Notes: generated from the letters alone by a model not told the origin. Positions 40,033-50,700 are shown, counted from the first letter of the stretch. The stretch is 64,000 nucleotides of DNA from an uncultured Alphaproteobacteria bacterium (GCA_963841875.1 CAWJEI010000002.1:91838-155837); one strand, 5' to 3'. Numbers and translations: made by a program.

Positions 40033-40993
40033 ATGGCTGCCCCAATTCTCACCGCCAAACACCTGCAAAACGAAGAGGCCGCTTTCGCCTTCGTTGAAGC
40101 CGCTCTTTGGCCACATGGGCCGGTTTGCCCGCATTGCGGCGGTCTCAAGCGCATTTCCAAAATGCAGGGTAAAAGCACTCGCGTTGGCCTCTACAAGTGC
40201 TACGCCTGCCGCAAACCCTTCACCGTTCGCATGGGGACCATCTTCGAGTCCTCGCATATCCAGCTGCATCTTTGGTTGCAGGCGATCCATCTGCTTTGCT
40301 CTTCCAAGAAGGGCATTTCGAGCAATCAGCTTCACCGCACTCTCGGAATCACTCTCAAGAGCGCGTGGTTTTTATCTCACCGCATTCGCGAAGCGATGCG
40401 TGATGGTTCCCTTGCGCCTATGGGCGGAAATGGCGGGGTCGTGGAAGTTGACGAAACCTATATCGGCAAGGCGAGCTTTGCAGAAGGCAAGGAGCCAGTT
40501 AGCGGCCCATACCACAAGCGCACCATTCTCGGGCTGGTTGAACGCGGCGGACGGGTTCGCACCTTCCACGCCGAAGGCGCTCGCGCTCAGGAAATCGCGC
40601 CTATCGTCCGCGAGAACCTCGCGCGCGAAGCCAAGATAATGACCGATGAGTTCGAAGATTTACACCAAGCTTGGCGCCGAGTTCTCCGCGCACTTCACCG
40701 TCAACCACAGCGCCGAGGAATGGGCTCGATACACTAACGTCCGCATGTTCCCCAAGGGCGAGGAATTTGTCATTCACACCAACACCATTGAAGGTTATTT
40801 CAGCATTTTCAAGCGCGGCATGAAGGGTATCTATCAGCATTGCTCAGAGAAGCATTTGCACAGGTATTTGGCGGAATTTGATTTCCGCTACAGCAACCGC
40901 ATTAAACTCGGCTGTGATGACAGCGATCGCGCTCACCGCGCACTTCTAGGCGTCAAAGGCAAGAGGCTTACTTATCAAACGACTCGTCACTAA
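40033..40993 (+). mobile_element. IS1595-family (ISXO2-like) transposase gene, interrupted by an apparent +1 frameshift near 40645-40660
   Basis: ORF 40033-40737 holds the N-terminal zinc-ribbon (CPHCGG…CYACRKPF) and the first half of the DDE domain. ORF 40646-40993 holds the C-terminal part (...HTNTIEGYFSIFKRGMKGIYQHCSEKHLHRYLAEFDFRYSNR...). The two frames overlap by 92 nt, and removing one T near gagTtcg would restore ...IMTDESKIYTKLG.... Terminal inverted repeats were not confidently delimited. Confidence 0.75.
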
Positions 40994-41435
40994 GAAGTGC
41001 ATTAATCACAAAAAGAAGGATTGAATATAATGACCGATTTAGTCCTTAAAGGGCCGCAGCCATTCGATTTAATGCCCCAGCGAGACGCAACAGCAGTTGC
41101 CGAAGGTGAAAACGTAAGCATGACTCTGCCTGTATTCGCTTTCGGCTTTCCTGAGAACGCCGCGCAAATTCGGCTCTTACTAACGCCGGATCAAGCACTA
41201 CAAATTGTGGATCAACTTCATGGCGCTTTGGCAATAGCGCGTGCGCATGGGCGCCGCCCGTCTTAGCTTCAACCATAAAACCCCCGAGATAGCTTCATGC
41301 CCCGCAAATCACCGCCTAAACGCAACGAAAAGCCTCAGTTTGAACGCTTCATTGAGGCGGTAAAGCAAATTGGCGCGAACAACACAGACGACGGGCTATT
41401 AGAAACAATCCGTAAAATCGCCGGATCAAAGGCGG

Positions 41436-42266
41436 CTACCAAACCCCTCCACGACAGTGATGAGCCTGCCAAAGATTCTCATAAGTCCAAATAATTACAG
41501 AAGGTGGCGCGCCATTATCGACTAGGCAATCCAGCGTTTTCCTGGCTGGCGGCCTTATCGACCCATATTTTGACAACGCCCAATTATCCATGTGAGCGCT
41601 ACGCTCTATTTGGCCAATTGGCTTATCAGGGATCGCAAACCAGTCATCCAGCCGGAGATGCTGTTTCTGCATCTCATGCGCCAAAAAATCAGCGGCCTGT
41701 AGAGGTTTGACCTCGCGCCAAGTAATTGATTCCGGCAGGGGGATTGGAATTATTCTCTTGGCAATATGTGGGTAATAAGCGTCATTCTTAGCGTAGTCGA
41801 ATGCTTTATCTAGCTTTGAGTAAACACGGTCTAAGTGGTCAAACACGATTTCAACGGGTATATCCTCAAATTCTTTTGCCAACACAGCCATGCAGCCATA
41901 CGCGGCCAGAGGATAGGGCTCTAATTTTGTTCCTGCCTCTGAATTGAAGCGCTCCAGATCATCCATTCTGACAATTGAGCAAAACGGCCTTAAATAACAA
42001 TCATTAATCACGGAGGTTAGGTCTTTAAAAAAAGCTCGGCGCTCGCCTTCGTGCTCCTGAGGAGGATACCATTTTGCATAAACGCCCTTGGGCTTTGCCA
42101 TTTCTTTCATATGGAAATATGGCACATCGTGCCGGTCAAGCATCTCCTGCCAAGCCCTCTCAAAATCCTCCCATTGGTAATCGTGGCCCATATACCCAGC
42201 AAGCACCCAAACCCGATCGTTTGGTTTGCTGTCGTCAGCGTATGCCTTGTTTATTGCAACAGCCAT
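41436..42266 (-). CDS. DUF3800-like protein (low-GC cargo next to IS1595)
   Basis: Start chosen at the internal Met MAVAINKAYADDSKPNDRVWVLAGYM (cf. the DUF3800 N-terminal h-h-Y-h-D-E-S-G motif). A C-terminal ...PLQAADFLAHEM... resembles the DUF3800 Q-AD motif. Low GC; family call from memory, tentative. Confidence 0.4.
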   Translation of the reverse strand: MAVAINKAYADDSKPNDRVWVLAGYMGHDYQWEDFERAWQEMLDRHDVPYFHMKEMAKPKGVYAKWYPPQEHEGERRAFFKDLTSVINDCYLRPFCSIVRMDDLERFNSEAGTKLEPYPLAAYGCMAVLAKEFEDIPVEIVFDHLDRVYSKLDKAFDYAKNDAYYPHIAKRIIPIPLPESITWREVKPLQAADFLAHEMQKQHLRLDDWFAIPDKPIGQIERSAHMDNWALSKYGSIRPPARKTLDCLVDNGAPPSVIIWTYENLWQAHHCRGGVW

Positions 42267-42466
42267 GACACTCGGTCTCGGCGGCGCGTTGAAGATAGAA
42301 AATTGAACAAGTCGGATATTTATTGGAGCGCCGATTCGCTCTTTGCCGCTCATTGCTCATACCATATGCTGAGGTGGGTATGCAAAGTATAATATCACCT
42401 CAACGGGGTGATTATGATCGCCGAAGTAGGGCCGGATAATTGCGGTAGTACCACGGGGCTGATACC

Positions 42467-43114
42467 GTGAATATGGAAAACGATTTAATCTTCCAAAACC
42501 TTTCCCCCCAAAGGCCGCTGATGCGTTTTCGACTTATTTATCAAGGACCTCTCTCTGGTTCCGGGAACAGCTCCAAAAAGGCTGACGAGGTGAGGGATAT
42601 TCGAGATCAGCTTCACTCTCAGCTCGAATATTTATGGCAGTCACATAACTCTCTGAAAAAAGTGCGTAAAACGGCAATCGTCAGAAAAGATGGACAAGGC
42701 TTTTATGCAATAAAAGATAGCCCCTTTTCTGTAGAAAGGGACATAGAAAAATATCCTGCCAGGGAAGACGAAATAGATTTGTCAGGGTGTATTTACGAGA
42801 ACGGACACTGTTATATTCCGTTGGTCCGGGAATCACTCAGCCTGAATTGTCATTTGGATATACTTTTCTTGCGGCACGAAGACCCGGGTTCGCTTGTTCT
42901 CCAAGGCGGAGACTTGGATAATCGAATTAAAACCTTGTTCGATGCGTTGAGAAAACCAGATAACGATATAGCGCTAAAATACCCGCAAAAATATAACCCT
43001 CTATATTGTTTGCTTGAGAGCGATACTCTTATTTCCGGCTTCCAAGTTGATACTGATCGGCTATTGACTCCGCCTACTAACGGTCGGAAAAATGAAGTGA
43101 CATCTTGTAATTGA
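42467..43114 (+). CDS. Hypothetical 215-aa protein, divergent partner of the DUF3800-like gene (low-GC)
   Basis: Clean 215-aa ORF (MNMENDLIFQNLSPQRPLMRFRLIYQGPLSGSGNSSKKADEVRDIRDQLHSQLEYLWQSH...) with low GC and AT-rich codons. No family recognised. Confidence 0.5.
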   Translation: MNMENDLIFQNLSPQRPLMRFRLIYQGPLSGSGNSSKKADEVRDIRDQLHSQLEYLWQSHNSLKKVRKTAIVRKDGQGFYAIKDSPFSVERDIEKYPAREDEIDLSGCIYENGHCYIPLVRESLSLNCHLDILFLRHEDPGSLVLQGGDLDNRIKTLFDALRKPDNDIALKYPQKYNPLYCLLESDTLISGFQVDTDRLLTPPTNGRKNEVTSCN

Positions 43115-43384
43115 AGTATCCGTAAGAGTCCTCAGGCTTGGTTCATGGAACATGAGCCTTATTGGGATGTAACGTGTCTTTCCGGCTATTGTCCTAAGTG
43201 GGTTGTCAAGGTCGCTTGTGTTTTCCACGCCGAGCTCACTAGCGATTTCATCGAACGGTTCAGATTGGCGTTTATCAGTGAATTTAGACTTCGGCTTAGG
43301 TTTGGCCTTCGCTTTTGGCTTGCAGGGGTCGGTTTTTGCGATAGAGCCTCACCATCGCTTGCTTCGAGCAATTACCTTCCGCCC

Positions 43385-44449
43385 TCAATTATTCGAATAA
43401 GCGAAATTGATCGAATAGGTCAGCCCCCTTGGCGGCGGGGGGAAGGGGGCGGCCTTGCGCAGGCCGTCCATCGCCGCCGCGTCCAGCTCCGGCAGGCCGG
43501 AGGGCTGGCGCACCGCGACGCGGGTCAGATTGCCCTTCAGATCGACGTTGAAGACGAGAACACCCTCGCGGTGGACATGATCGCGCGACGCGCTCTCGGG
43601 CATCTTGATCCCCGGAATGATCAGGCCCCAGAGAATCGAGAGATAGGTCGTGTTCGCCGTTCCGCCCGTGACCGGCGCCGCCTTGGCCGCGCCGCTGAAG
43701 AGATAGGCCGGCGCGGGGTCGGGATCGGTCAGTTCATCGGCGACGGATTTCGCGCCCTGCCGAACCTCGCCCTTTGTGTCCGAGCGCGTCTCCTTCTCCT
43801 CCGGCCTGTCGCGCTTGATCTCGGCGCGCTCAAGCACCTCGGCGTCGGGCTTGTCCTCGACCTGCTTGAGCGCGGGCGGCTCCTTTGAAACGTCGGGCGC
43901 GGCCTGTTGCGCGGGGCTGGGCTGTTTCTCGGGCGAGGGCTTTTGCGCGGTCTGCTTCGTCGCCGGCCCCTTGCGCGCGGCCTTGGTCTCCTTGTCCGGC
44001 GCCGTGCGCTCGACCTTTTCCTTGTTCTGCGCGCGCGGCGCGTCGGTGGCCGGCTCCTCGTAGGGCTGCTGCTGTTGCTGCTGGGGCTCCGGCTTTTTCG
44101 GCTCGGGCGGCTTTTCCTGGGGCTTTTGCTCTTCCGGCTTCTTTTCTTCGGGCTTCTTTTCCTCGGGTTTCTTCTGCTCGGGCGGCGGCTCCTGCTTTTG
44201 CTGCTCCTCGGGCTTGGGCTGGGGCGGCGGCGGAGGGGGCTGCTGCGGCTGTTCGGTGATGACCTCGACCGGCGTTTCCTGAAGCTGATTGTCGTGGGGC
44301 ACGAAAATGGCGTCGAGGATGATGAGGAGCGTGAAAATCCCCACATGCAGCGCAAGGCAGATGCCGAGAATCGCGAGAAAACGGCTGCGCTGGGGCGGCG
44401 GCGGTTCGCGCTTTTCGATGCGCTCTATGGTCTGGGCTTCGAGGCTCAA
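43385..44449 (-). CDS. tonB: Energy transducer TonB
   Basis: N-terminal TM anchor, a long Pro/Glu/Lys-rich spacer (KKPEEKKPEEKKPEEQKP repeats) and a C-terminal TonB domain (...YLSILWGLIIPGIKMP…VLVFNVDLKGNLTRVAVRQPSGLPELDAAAMDGLRKAAPFPPPP). Confidence 0.75.
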   Translation of the reverse strand: MSLEAQTIERIEKREPPPPQRSRFLAILGICLALHVGIFTLLIILDAIFVPHDNQLQETPVEVITEQPQQPPPPPPQPKPEEQQKQEPPPEQKKPEEKKPEEKKPEEQKPQEKPPEPKKPEPQQQQQQPYEEPATDAPRAQNKEKVERTAPDKETKAARKGPATKQTAQKPSPEKQPSPAQQAAPDVSKEPPALKQVEDKPDAEVLERAEIKRDRPEEKETRSDTKGEVRQGAKSVADELTDPDPAPAYLFSGAAKAAPVTGGTANTTYLSILWGLIIPGIKMPESASRDHVHREGVLVFNVDLKGNLTRVAVRQPSGLPELDAAAMDGLRKAAPFPPPPRGLTYSINFAYSNN

Positions 44450-44631
44450 GCGTCAGATCGCGGTCGGTTGGTCGCCGGGACGTCGTTCAACGGTCTTTGT
44501 CACGCGCATTGATCCTGACGGGGGCAAGCGGTTTCGATCTGGCGCGAAGAGTGCCACAGCGCGCCCGCGCTCGCCAGACGCGCCGCCAAGGCATTTAGCG
44601 TAAAAATTGGGCCAATATGCGGAGCTTGTGA

Positions 44632-45615
44632 TCATACCGCCGCGCGAAGCCTGTCTGGCATGCCGAGATGTCCGGGAATGAAGGCGTCGAAGGCGGCCCA
44701 GAATTGCGCGCGCAGATCGTCGCGCTCCATCATCGCCTCATGCCGCGCACCGGAGATATTCACCAGCGTCGCGATGTCGAGCCTTTGCGCGAAACGCTCG
44801 ATCGCTGGCGTCGAGACGATTTCGTCGCGCCCCGAAGAAATCAGCAAGGTCGGCGTGCGCCAGCGGCGGGGATAGTCGAGGTCCTCGAAACGCGCCATCT
44901 GGCGGAAGGCGGCGTTGGTCCAGCCGATGGTCGGGTCGCCTATGGCGAGGCGCGGCTCCTGCGCCAGCACGGCGGCATTGCGGGAAAAGCGCGCGGGATC
45001 GCTGGTCAGCTTGTTGCCCTCGAAGGGCATCTCGTTGAGTGAAGCCCCGGTACCGCCGGGGATGAACATGCCGCCAAGCCCGAGCATGTCGAGCACATCG
45101 GCGAGCATTCGCGCGCCCTGCGGAAAGGCGAGGCCGTAAACGTCGATCATCGGCGCGGTGACGACGAGCCGCGCGAATTGCTCCGAGCCGTCATGGGCGT
45201 TTTCCAGCAGGATCGCGCCGCCCATCGAATGAGCCAGCGCGAACCAGGGTTTTGGACAGCCAAACAGCGTCATCTGACGCAAAAAGGCGTCAAGGTCGCG
45301 CTGATATTGCGCGAAGTCGTCGATATGGCCCTTGCGGCTGTTGGCGAGCTCGCGCTCCGAGCCGCCCTGGCCGCGCCAGTCCAGGGTCACGACCTCGAAG
45401 CCCCGCGCCAGCAGATCCCCGATGGTCTCGAAATATTTCTCGACATATTCGGCCCGCCCCTGGAACAGCGCGACTGTCCCGCGGGGCGCATTCGCCGGAG
45501 AAAACCGCGCCATGCGCAGCGATACGCCGTCAACAGTTGCGAGGGCGTGAAGCCGCGCGCCGGGGGGAACGGGATTTTGCGGCGTCGAAACCAGGTCCAG
45601 CATATTTTGAATCAT
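44632..45615 (-). CDS. Alpha/beta-fold hydrolase (lysophospholipase-like)
   Basis: 327 aa with a nucleophile elbow GHSMGG (AHSMGGAIL) and a downstream Asp/His typical of alpha/beta hydrolases. Confidence 0.8.
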   Translation of the reverse strand: MIQNMLDLVSTPQNPVPPGARLHALATVDGVSLRMARFSPANAPRGTVALFQGRAEYVEKYFETIGDLLARGFEVVTLDWRGQGGSERELANSRKGHIDDFAQYQRDLDAFLRQMTLFGCPKPWFALAHSMGGAILLENAHDGSEQFARLVVTAPMIDVYGLAFPQGARMLADVLDMLGLGGMFIPGGTGASLNEMPFEGNKLTSDPARFSRNAAVLAQEPRLAIGDPTIGWTNAAFRQMARFEDLDYPRRWRTPTLLISSGRDEIVSTPAIERFAQRLDIATLVNISGARHEAMMERDDLRAQFWAAFDAFIPGHLGMPDRLRAAV

Positions 45616-45720
45616 CCGGTGGGTGGCGTCGCGGCCATGGCCTTCTCATAGGCTTTTGGCGCCAATTTTCACAGCCCGCATAATCGCCGCGCAATCCGCG
45701 CGCAAAACCCCTTGAAGGAA

Positions 45721-45748
45721 AAAAATCGCTCCCCACATCGTTGCTAGC
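45721..45748 (+). promoter_or_regulatory. Sigma32 (RpoH)-type heat-shock promoter: CTTGAA-N14-CCCCACAT
   Basis: cttgaa (45721-45726), a 14-nt spacer and ccccacat (45741-45748) match the CTTGAA-N13-14-CCCCATNT consensus. Lies ~100 nt upstream of the hsp20 start codon. Confidence 0.5.
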
Positions 45749-45851
45749 GCGGGCCGTAATGGACGCGCTGGCAGGCGGGGGCCGCGAGAAGTTCGAGCGG
45801 TCGCGCCGCGCCGATCCTGAAAACCATGTCGCTTCAAATGGAGGATATGCA

Positions 45852-46337
45852 ATGCGTGCTTTCGATCTTTCGCCCCTGTTCCGTCAGACGGTCGGGTTCG
45901 ACAGGCTTATCGACACTCTGGCCCAGAGCGGGGGCTTTGAGCCCGCGCCGAATTACCCGCCCTACAATATCGAGCGCACGGGCGAAAACGCCTATCAGAT
46001 CACGCTCGCCGTCGCGGGTTTTTCGCAAGATGACCTCGCCATCGAGACGCGCGAGAACACGCTGACGGTGCGCGGGTCGCAGAAGCCGACGCTTGCCGCT
46101 GGCGGCAATCGCGAGTTTCTGCATCAGGGCATCGCCGCGCGCGCCTTCGAGCGCAGGTTCCAGCTCGCCGATCACGTCATCGTGACGGGCGCGAGCCTTG
46201 AGAACGGCCTGCTGCACGTCGATCTCGTGCGCGAGATTCCCGAAGCCAAGAAGCCGCGCCGCATCGACATCGGAACGCCCGCCGGGGCCGTTTCGCAGCC
46301 TGTCGAAGCCAAGGCCGTCGAGGCGCAAGCCGCGTAA
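45852..46337 (+). CDS. Hsp20-family small heat-shock protein (IbpA-like)
   Basis: Start at ATG 45852, which has the SD ggagga 6 nt upstream. Alpha-crystallin domain (...YNIERTGENAYQITLAVAGFSQDDLAIETRENTLTVRG...). The ORF-track N-terminal extension was rejected. Confidence 0.85.
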   Translation: MRAFDLSPLFRQTVGFDRLIDTLAQSGGFEPAPNYPPYNIERTGENAYQITLAVAGFSQDDLAIETRENTLTVRGSQKPTLAAGGNREFLHQGIAARAFERRFQLADHVIVTGASLENGLLHVDLVREIPEAKKPRRIDIGTPAGAVSQPVEAKAVEAQAA

Positions 46338-46362
46338 ATCCGTCCGCGTTGAAAGCGTAATC

Positions 46363-46393
46363 GGAGGCGCTCCCCGCGAGCGCCTCCTTTTTT
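46363..46393. terminator. Rho-independent terminator between convergent hsp20 and the Pro-rich protein gene (bidirectional)
   Basis: A ggaggcgct / agcgcctcc stem with a 7-nt loop, followed by tttttt. Confidence 0.5.
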
Positions 46394-46395
46394 GT

Positions 46396-47277
46396 CTAGC
46401 CGCCCGCTGGCGGGGCGCCGACCTGCGTCGACTTCAGGATCGGTGAGACCGGCGGCTGCGGCGCGAATATTTGCGGCGCCGGGGCTGGGGGAGCCGCCTG
46501 CGCGGCGGGCTGTTGTGAAGCCGGGGCCGCTGCTGGCTGCGTCGGGGTTGCGCCGGGCGGCGTCGGGGCTGCTGTCGGAATAACTCCGGGCGGTGGAACG
46601 ATCGCGCGATGCGAGGAGCCATGCGCGGCCAGGGCGGCCTTCGGCGTCACGGCCGGCGCAGCGGACTTTGGCGGCGGCAAAGGCTTGTCAGGCTGGGCGA
46701 GCTTATCAGGCTGGGCAAGTTTGGGCGGCGCCGCCGGTTCGACAGGCCGAGCGGCTACCGGAACCGGAAGCGGCGCAGCGACCTTATGCGCCGGCTCATG
46801 CGGATGCGGGAGGGGCGCCGCCGGCAAAGCGGCCTCGGGATAGGCCGTGCGCGGCCGCGCGCGGGGCAGGGGTTCGGCGAGCGGCCGATCCTCTTCGATC
46901 GCCCGCGCGGCGACAGGCGTCTGAAGCGGCCGCGCGCGGATTATGTCGCCGTCATAGGCGTCGATAACGAAACGCAGCCTGCGCCCGGAGGCGTCCACAC
47001 CTATAGCCACGACTTCCTCGCTCTGCAGCTCTATGCTTCCGACAAGCCGGTAGCCCTCGTCCCGCAGGATCTCGACGATCGCGGCGCGCGAGGCGTAAGG
47101 CGCGCCGCCGCGAGGCTCGGCATAGGGTTCGCGCTCGTATGGATAGGGCGCGTAGTAGGGCTGGTAATAAGGCTGCGCCAAGGCTTTCCCCGCCGGTGCG
47201 GCGACCGCGGCAGCGCTCAGCAGCGCGAAGGCCGCCCAGGTTGAACGGCGCTTGATCGCGCCGAGATAGAAGCTCAT
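46396..47277 (-). CDS. Exported PepSY-like domain protein with long Pro/Ala-rich C-terminal region
   Basis: Signal peptide, then a PepSY-like segment (AIVEILRDEGYRLVGSIELQSEEVVAIGVDASGRRLRFVIDAYDGDIIRARPL) and a low-complexity Pro/Ala tail. The tail includes a tandem 18-nt repeat (KLAQPD x2, 46684-46719). Confidence 0.5.
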   Translation of the reverse strand: MSFYLGAIKRRSTWAAFALLSAAAVAAPAGKALAQPYYQPYYAPYPYEREPYAEPRGGAPYASRAAIVEILRDEGYRLVGSIELQSEEVVAIGVDASGRRLRFVIDAYDGDIIRARPLQTPVAARAIEEDRPLAEPLPRARPRTAYPEAALPAAPLPHPHEPAHKVAAPLPVPVAARPVEPAAPPKLAQPDKLAQPDKPLPPPKSAAPAVTPKAALAAHGSSHRAIVPPPGVIPTAAPTPPGATPTQPAAAPASQQPAAQAAPPAPAPQIFAPQPPVSPILKSTQVGAPPAGG

Positions 47278-47708
47278 ATGCCTCCTCCTTGTTCCTTAAC
47301 TCCGCCGCCGTTTCACATGCTCCACCGTCAATGCGGCGACGTTAGGACAAAACTTGAGCCTTGGCGGGGCGCTTGGCGCGTGGTCATTCGTGCTTGCGGC
47401 TTGCTTGTGCAGCGCCTGTAAATCTGGCAAGAATGTCCCTTCATGAATGGTCAGCCATGCTGACCATTCGGCATGATGAAATTACATAAGGCACTGTAAT
47501 ATAAGTCTATGCTACGTTCGCCCAGCTTGGCGAGCGGGTGAGATGGAAGGCGCGCCGCCAGCGCGGGAGCCTTGGAACGGCTCTTGCGGAGCTTTCGACG
47601 CGCCATGTGACAAGGGCGACTGCAGGTCTGCCACGGAGGCCGCGGGAGGCGGGCGTCACCCTGCAATGGGCGCCACGCGAGACACGACTAGGGGCGAAGG
47701 AAAGAAAT

Positions 47709-50700
47709 ATGGCGCTCAACGAAGAACAGGAACATGCCGGCCCTCGCATGGGAGACGCTGATATGACCACGATCGACGGGCGCGACCCGCTCTTGCCGAA
47801 GGCTCAGGGCCTTTACGATCCCGCGAAGGAGCATGACTCCTGCGGCGTCGGCTTCGTCGCCAATCTGCACAACGCCCAGAGCCACGACATCGTGAAGATG
47901 GGTCTGCAGATTCTTCTGAATCTCGACCATCGCGGCGCGGTCGGCGCCGATCCCAAGCTTGGCGACGGCTGCGGCATTCTGGTTCAGATTCCGCACAAAT
48001 TTTTCGTCGAGGAAACGGCGAAGCTCGGCATCGCGCTGCCCGATTTCGGGCAATATGCGATCGGCCAGTTCTTCCTGCCGCGCGACGCCGACGTGCGCGC
48101 CAAGGCGCGCGCCTTTATCGAGGCGTCCGTGACGGCGGAAGGGCTCACCTTGCTTGGCTGGCGCGACCTGCCTATCGATTCAAGCGACCTTGGCGACGCG
48201 GTTCGCGCGGTCGAGCCGCATCACGCCCAGCTTTTCGTGGGACGTGGTCCTGAGGTGACGGATGACGCGGATTTCGAGCGCCGCCTCTATCTCGCGCGCA
48301 AGACGTCTTCCAACGAGATTTACGCGCTTGGACCGCAGGGCCGCGAGCATTATTCGGTCTCCTTCTCGTCGCGCACCATCGTCTACAAGGGCATGGTCCT
48401 GGTGAGCCAGCTTGGCGAATATTTCATCGATCTCAAGGACGAGCGGTTCATCTCGGCGCTGGCGCTTGTGCATCAGCGTTTCGCCACCAACACCTTCCCG
48501 TCATGGCGTCTCGCGCACCCCTACCGCTTCGTCGCGCACAACGGCGAGATCAACACGCTGCGCGGGAATCTGAACTGGATGGCGGCGCGTCAGGCGTCCG
48601 TCGCCTCGCCTCTGTTCGGCAAGGACATCAGCAAGCTCTGGCCGATCTCCTATGAGGGCCAGTCGGACACCGCCTGTTTCGACAATGCGCTGGAATTTCT
48701 GGTGCGCGGGGGCTATTCGCTCGCTCATGCCGTGATGATGCTCATTCCCGAGGCCTGGTCGGGCAATCCGCTCATGGACGAGCATCGCAAGGCCTTTTAC
48801 GAATATCATGCGGCGCTGATGGAGCCTTGGGACGGTCCGGCGGCTATGGCCTTCACCGATGGCCGCCAGATCGGCGCGACGCTGGATCGCAACGGACTGC
48901 GCCCCGCGCGCTATCTCGTCACCGAGGACGGACTTGTGGTGATGGCCTCCGAAATGGGCGTTCTGCCCATTCCGCAGGAAAAGATCGTCACGAAATGGCG
49001 TTTGCAACCGGGCAAGATGCTGCTGGTCGATCTTGAAAAGGGCCGTATCGTCTCCGACGACGAGATCAAATCCTCGCTGACTTCTTCGCATCCCTATCGC
49101 GAATGGCTGGCGCGCACGCAAATCGTGCTTGAGGATTTGAAGCCCGTGGAGCCGCGCGCGACGCGCACGGACGTCTCCCTGCTCGATCGCCAGCAGGCCT
49201 TCGGCTATACGCAGGAAGAACTCGACCTGCTCGTCTTCCCCATGGCCGTCACCGGCCAGGAAGCCGTCGGCTCGATGGGAACGGACACCCCGATCTCGCC
49301 GCTCTCCAGCAAGGAGAAGCTGCTCTACACCTATTTCAAGCAGAACTTCGCGCAGGTGACCAATCCGCCGATCGACCCGATCCGCGAAGAACTGGTTATG
49401 AGCCTGGTGTCCTTCATTGGCCCGCGTCCGAATATTCTCGACCACGATGGTTCGGCCAAGAAGAAGCGGCTGGAAGTGCGCCAGCCGATCCTCACCAGCG
49501 CCGACCTGGAGAAAATCCGCAGCATCGGCCATATCGAGGACAGTTTCGACACCAAGACGCTGGATTTCACCTATCCCGCCGAAAAGGGCGCGGAGGGACT
49601 GGCCAAGTCGCTGCAGCGGCTTTGCGAGCGCGCCGAAGAGGCGGTGAGCGGGCGCTACAACATCATAATCCTTTCCGACCGCATGGTGGGACCGGATCGC
49701 GTGCCCATCCCAGCACTGCTCGCCACCGCCGCCGTGCATCATCACCTGATCCGCAAGGGGCTGCGCACTTCCGTCGGCCTCGTCGTCGAAACCGGCGAAG
49801 CGCGCGAAGTGCATCACTTCGCCTGTCTCGCGGGCTATGGCGCCGAAGCGATCAATCCCTATCTCGTCTTCGAGACGCTCGCGGGCTCGGTCGAGCATTT
49901 CCCGGACGACGTGAATGCGGATACGGCGATCAAGCGTTATATCAAGGCGGTCGACAAGGGGCTGCTGAAAGTCATGTCCAAAATGGGCATTTCGACCTAT
50001 CAGTCCTATTGCGGCGGCCAGATGTTTGACGCCGTCGGCCTGTCTCAGGCCTTTGTGGACCAGTATTTCGCTGGCACCACCACGCGTGTCGAGGGCGTCG
50101 GCCTCGACGAGATCGCGCGCGAGACCGTGCGCCGGCATCGGCTGGCCTTTGGCGACGCGCCGGTCTATCGCGACGCGCTCGACGTCGGCGGCGACTACGC
50201 CTACCGCATTCGAGGCGAGGCCCATAGCTGGACGCCGCAAACGATTTCGCTGCTGCAACACGCCGTGCGCGGCAACGCCCGCGAACAGTATCGCGCCTTC
50301 GCGAAAATCCTGAACGAGCAGGATGAAAACCTGCTCAACCTGCGCGGCCTGTTCCGCATCAAGAACGCTGATGAAGACGGGCGCAAGCCCGTGCCGCTGG
50401 AGGAAGTCGAAGCGGCCAAGGACATCGTCAAGCGCTTCGCCACCGGCGCCATGTCCTATGGTTCGATATCGCGCGAGGCGCACACGACGCTCGCCATTGC
50501 GATGAACCGCATCGGCGGCAAGTCCAATACCGGCGAGGGCGGCGAGGAACCGGACCGCTTCAAGCCCGAGCCCAATGGCGACAGCAGGCGGTCGGCGATC
50601 AAGCAGGTGGCCTCGGGCCGCTTTGGCGTGACGACGGAATATCTCGTCAACGCTGACATGATCCAGATCAAGATGGCGCAGGGCGCCAAGCCTGGCGAAG

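Noticed and set aside
41021-41494. Two small plus-strand ORFs (81 aa and 65 aa) between the IS1595 transposase and the DUF3800-like gene
   Set aside because: Not listed as features. They have no recognisable family and the second overlaps the 3' end of the DUF3800-like gene. They may still be genuine small cargo genes (mentioned in the IS1595 finding).
44095-44200. Short direct repeats checked as a possible CRISPR array
   Set aside because: 15-nt in-frame coding repeats (KKPEE) inside tonB, with no spacer/repeat architecture. No CRISPR array seen anywhere in the window.
43729-44355. 208-aa minus ORF (alternate frame) and plus-strand ORFs 43885-44512 over tonB
   Set aside because: Arg/Ser-rich frames of the repetitive Pro-rich tonB spacer. 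The TonB frame has the TM anchor and C-terminal TonB domain.
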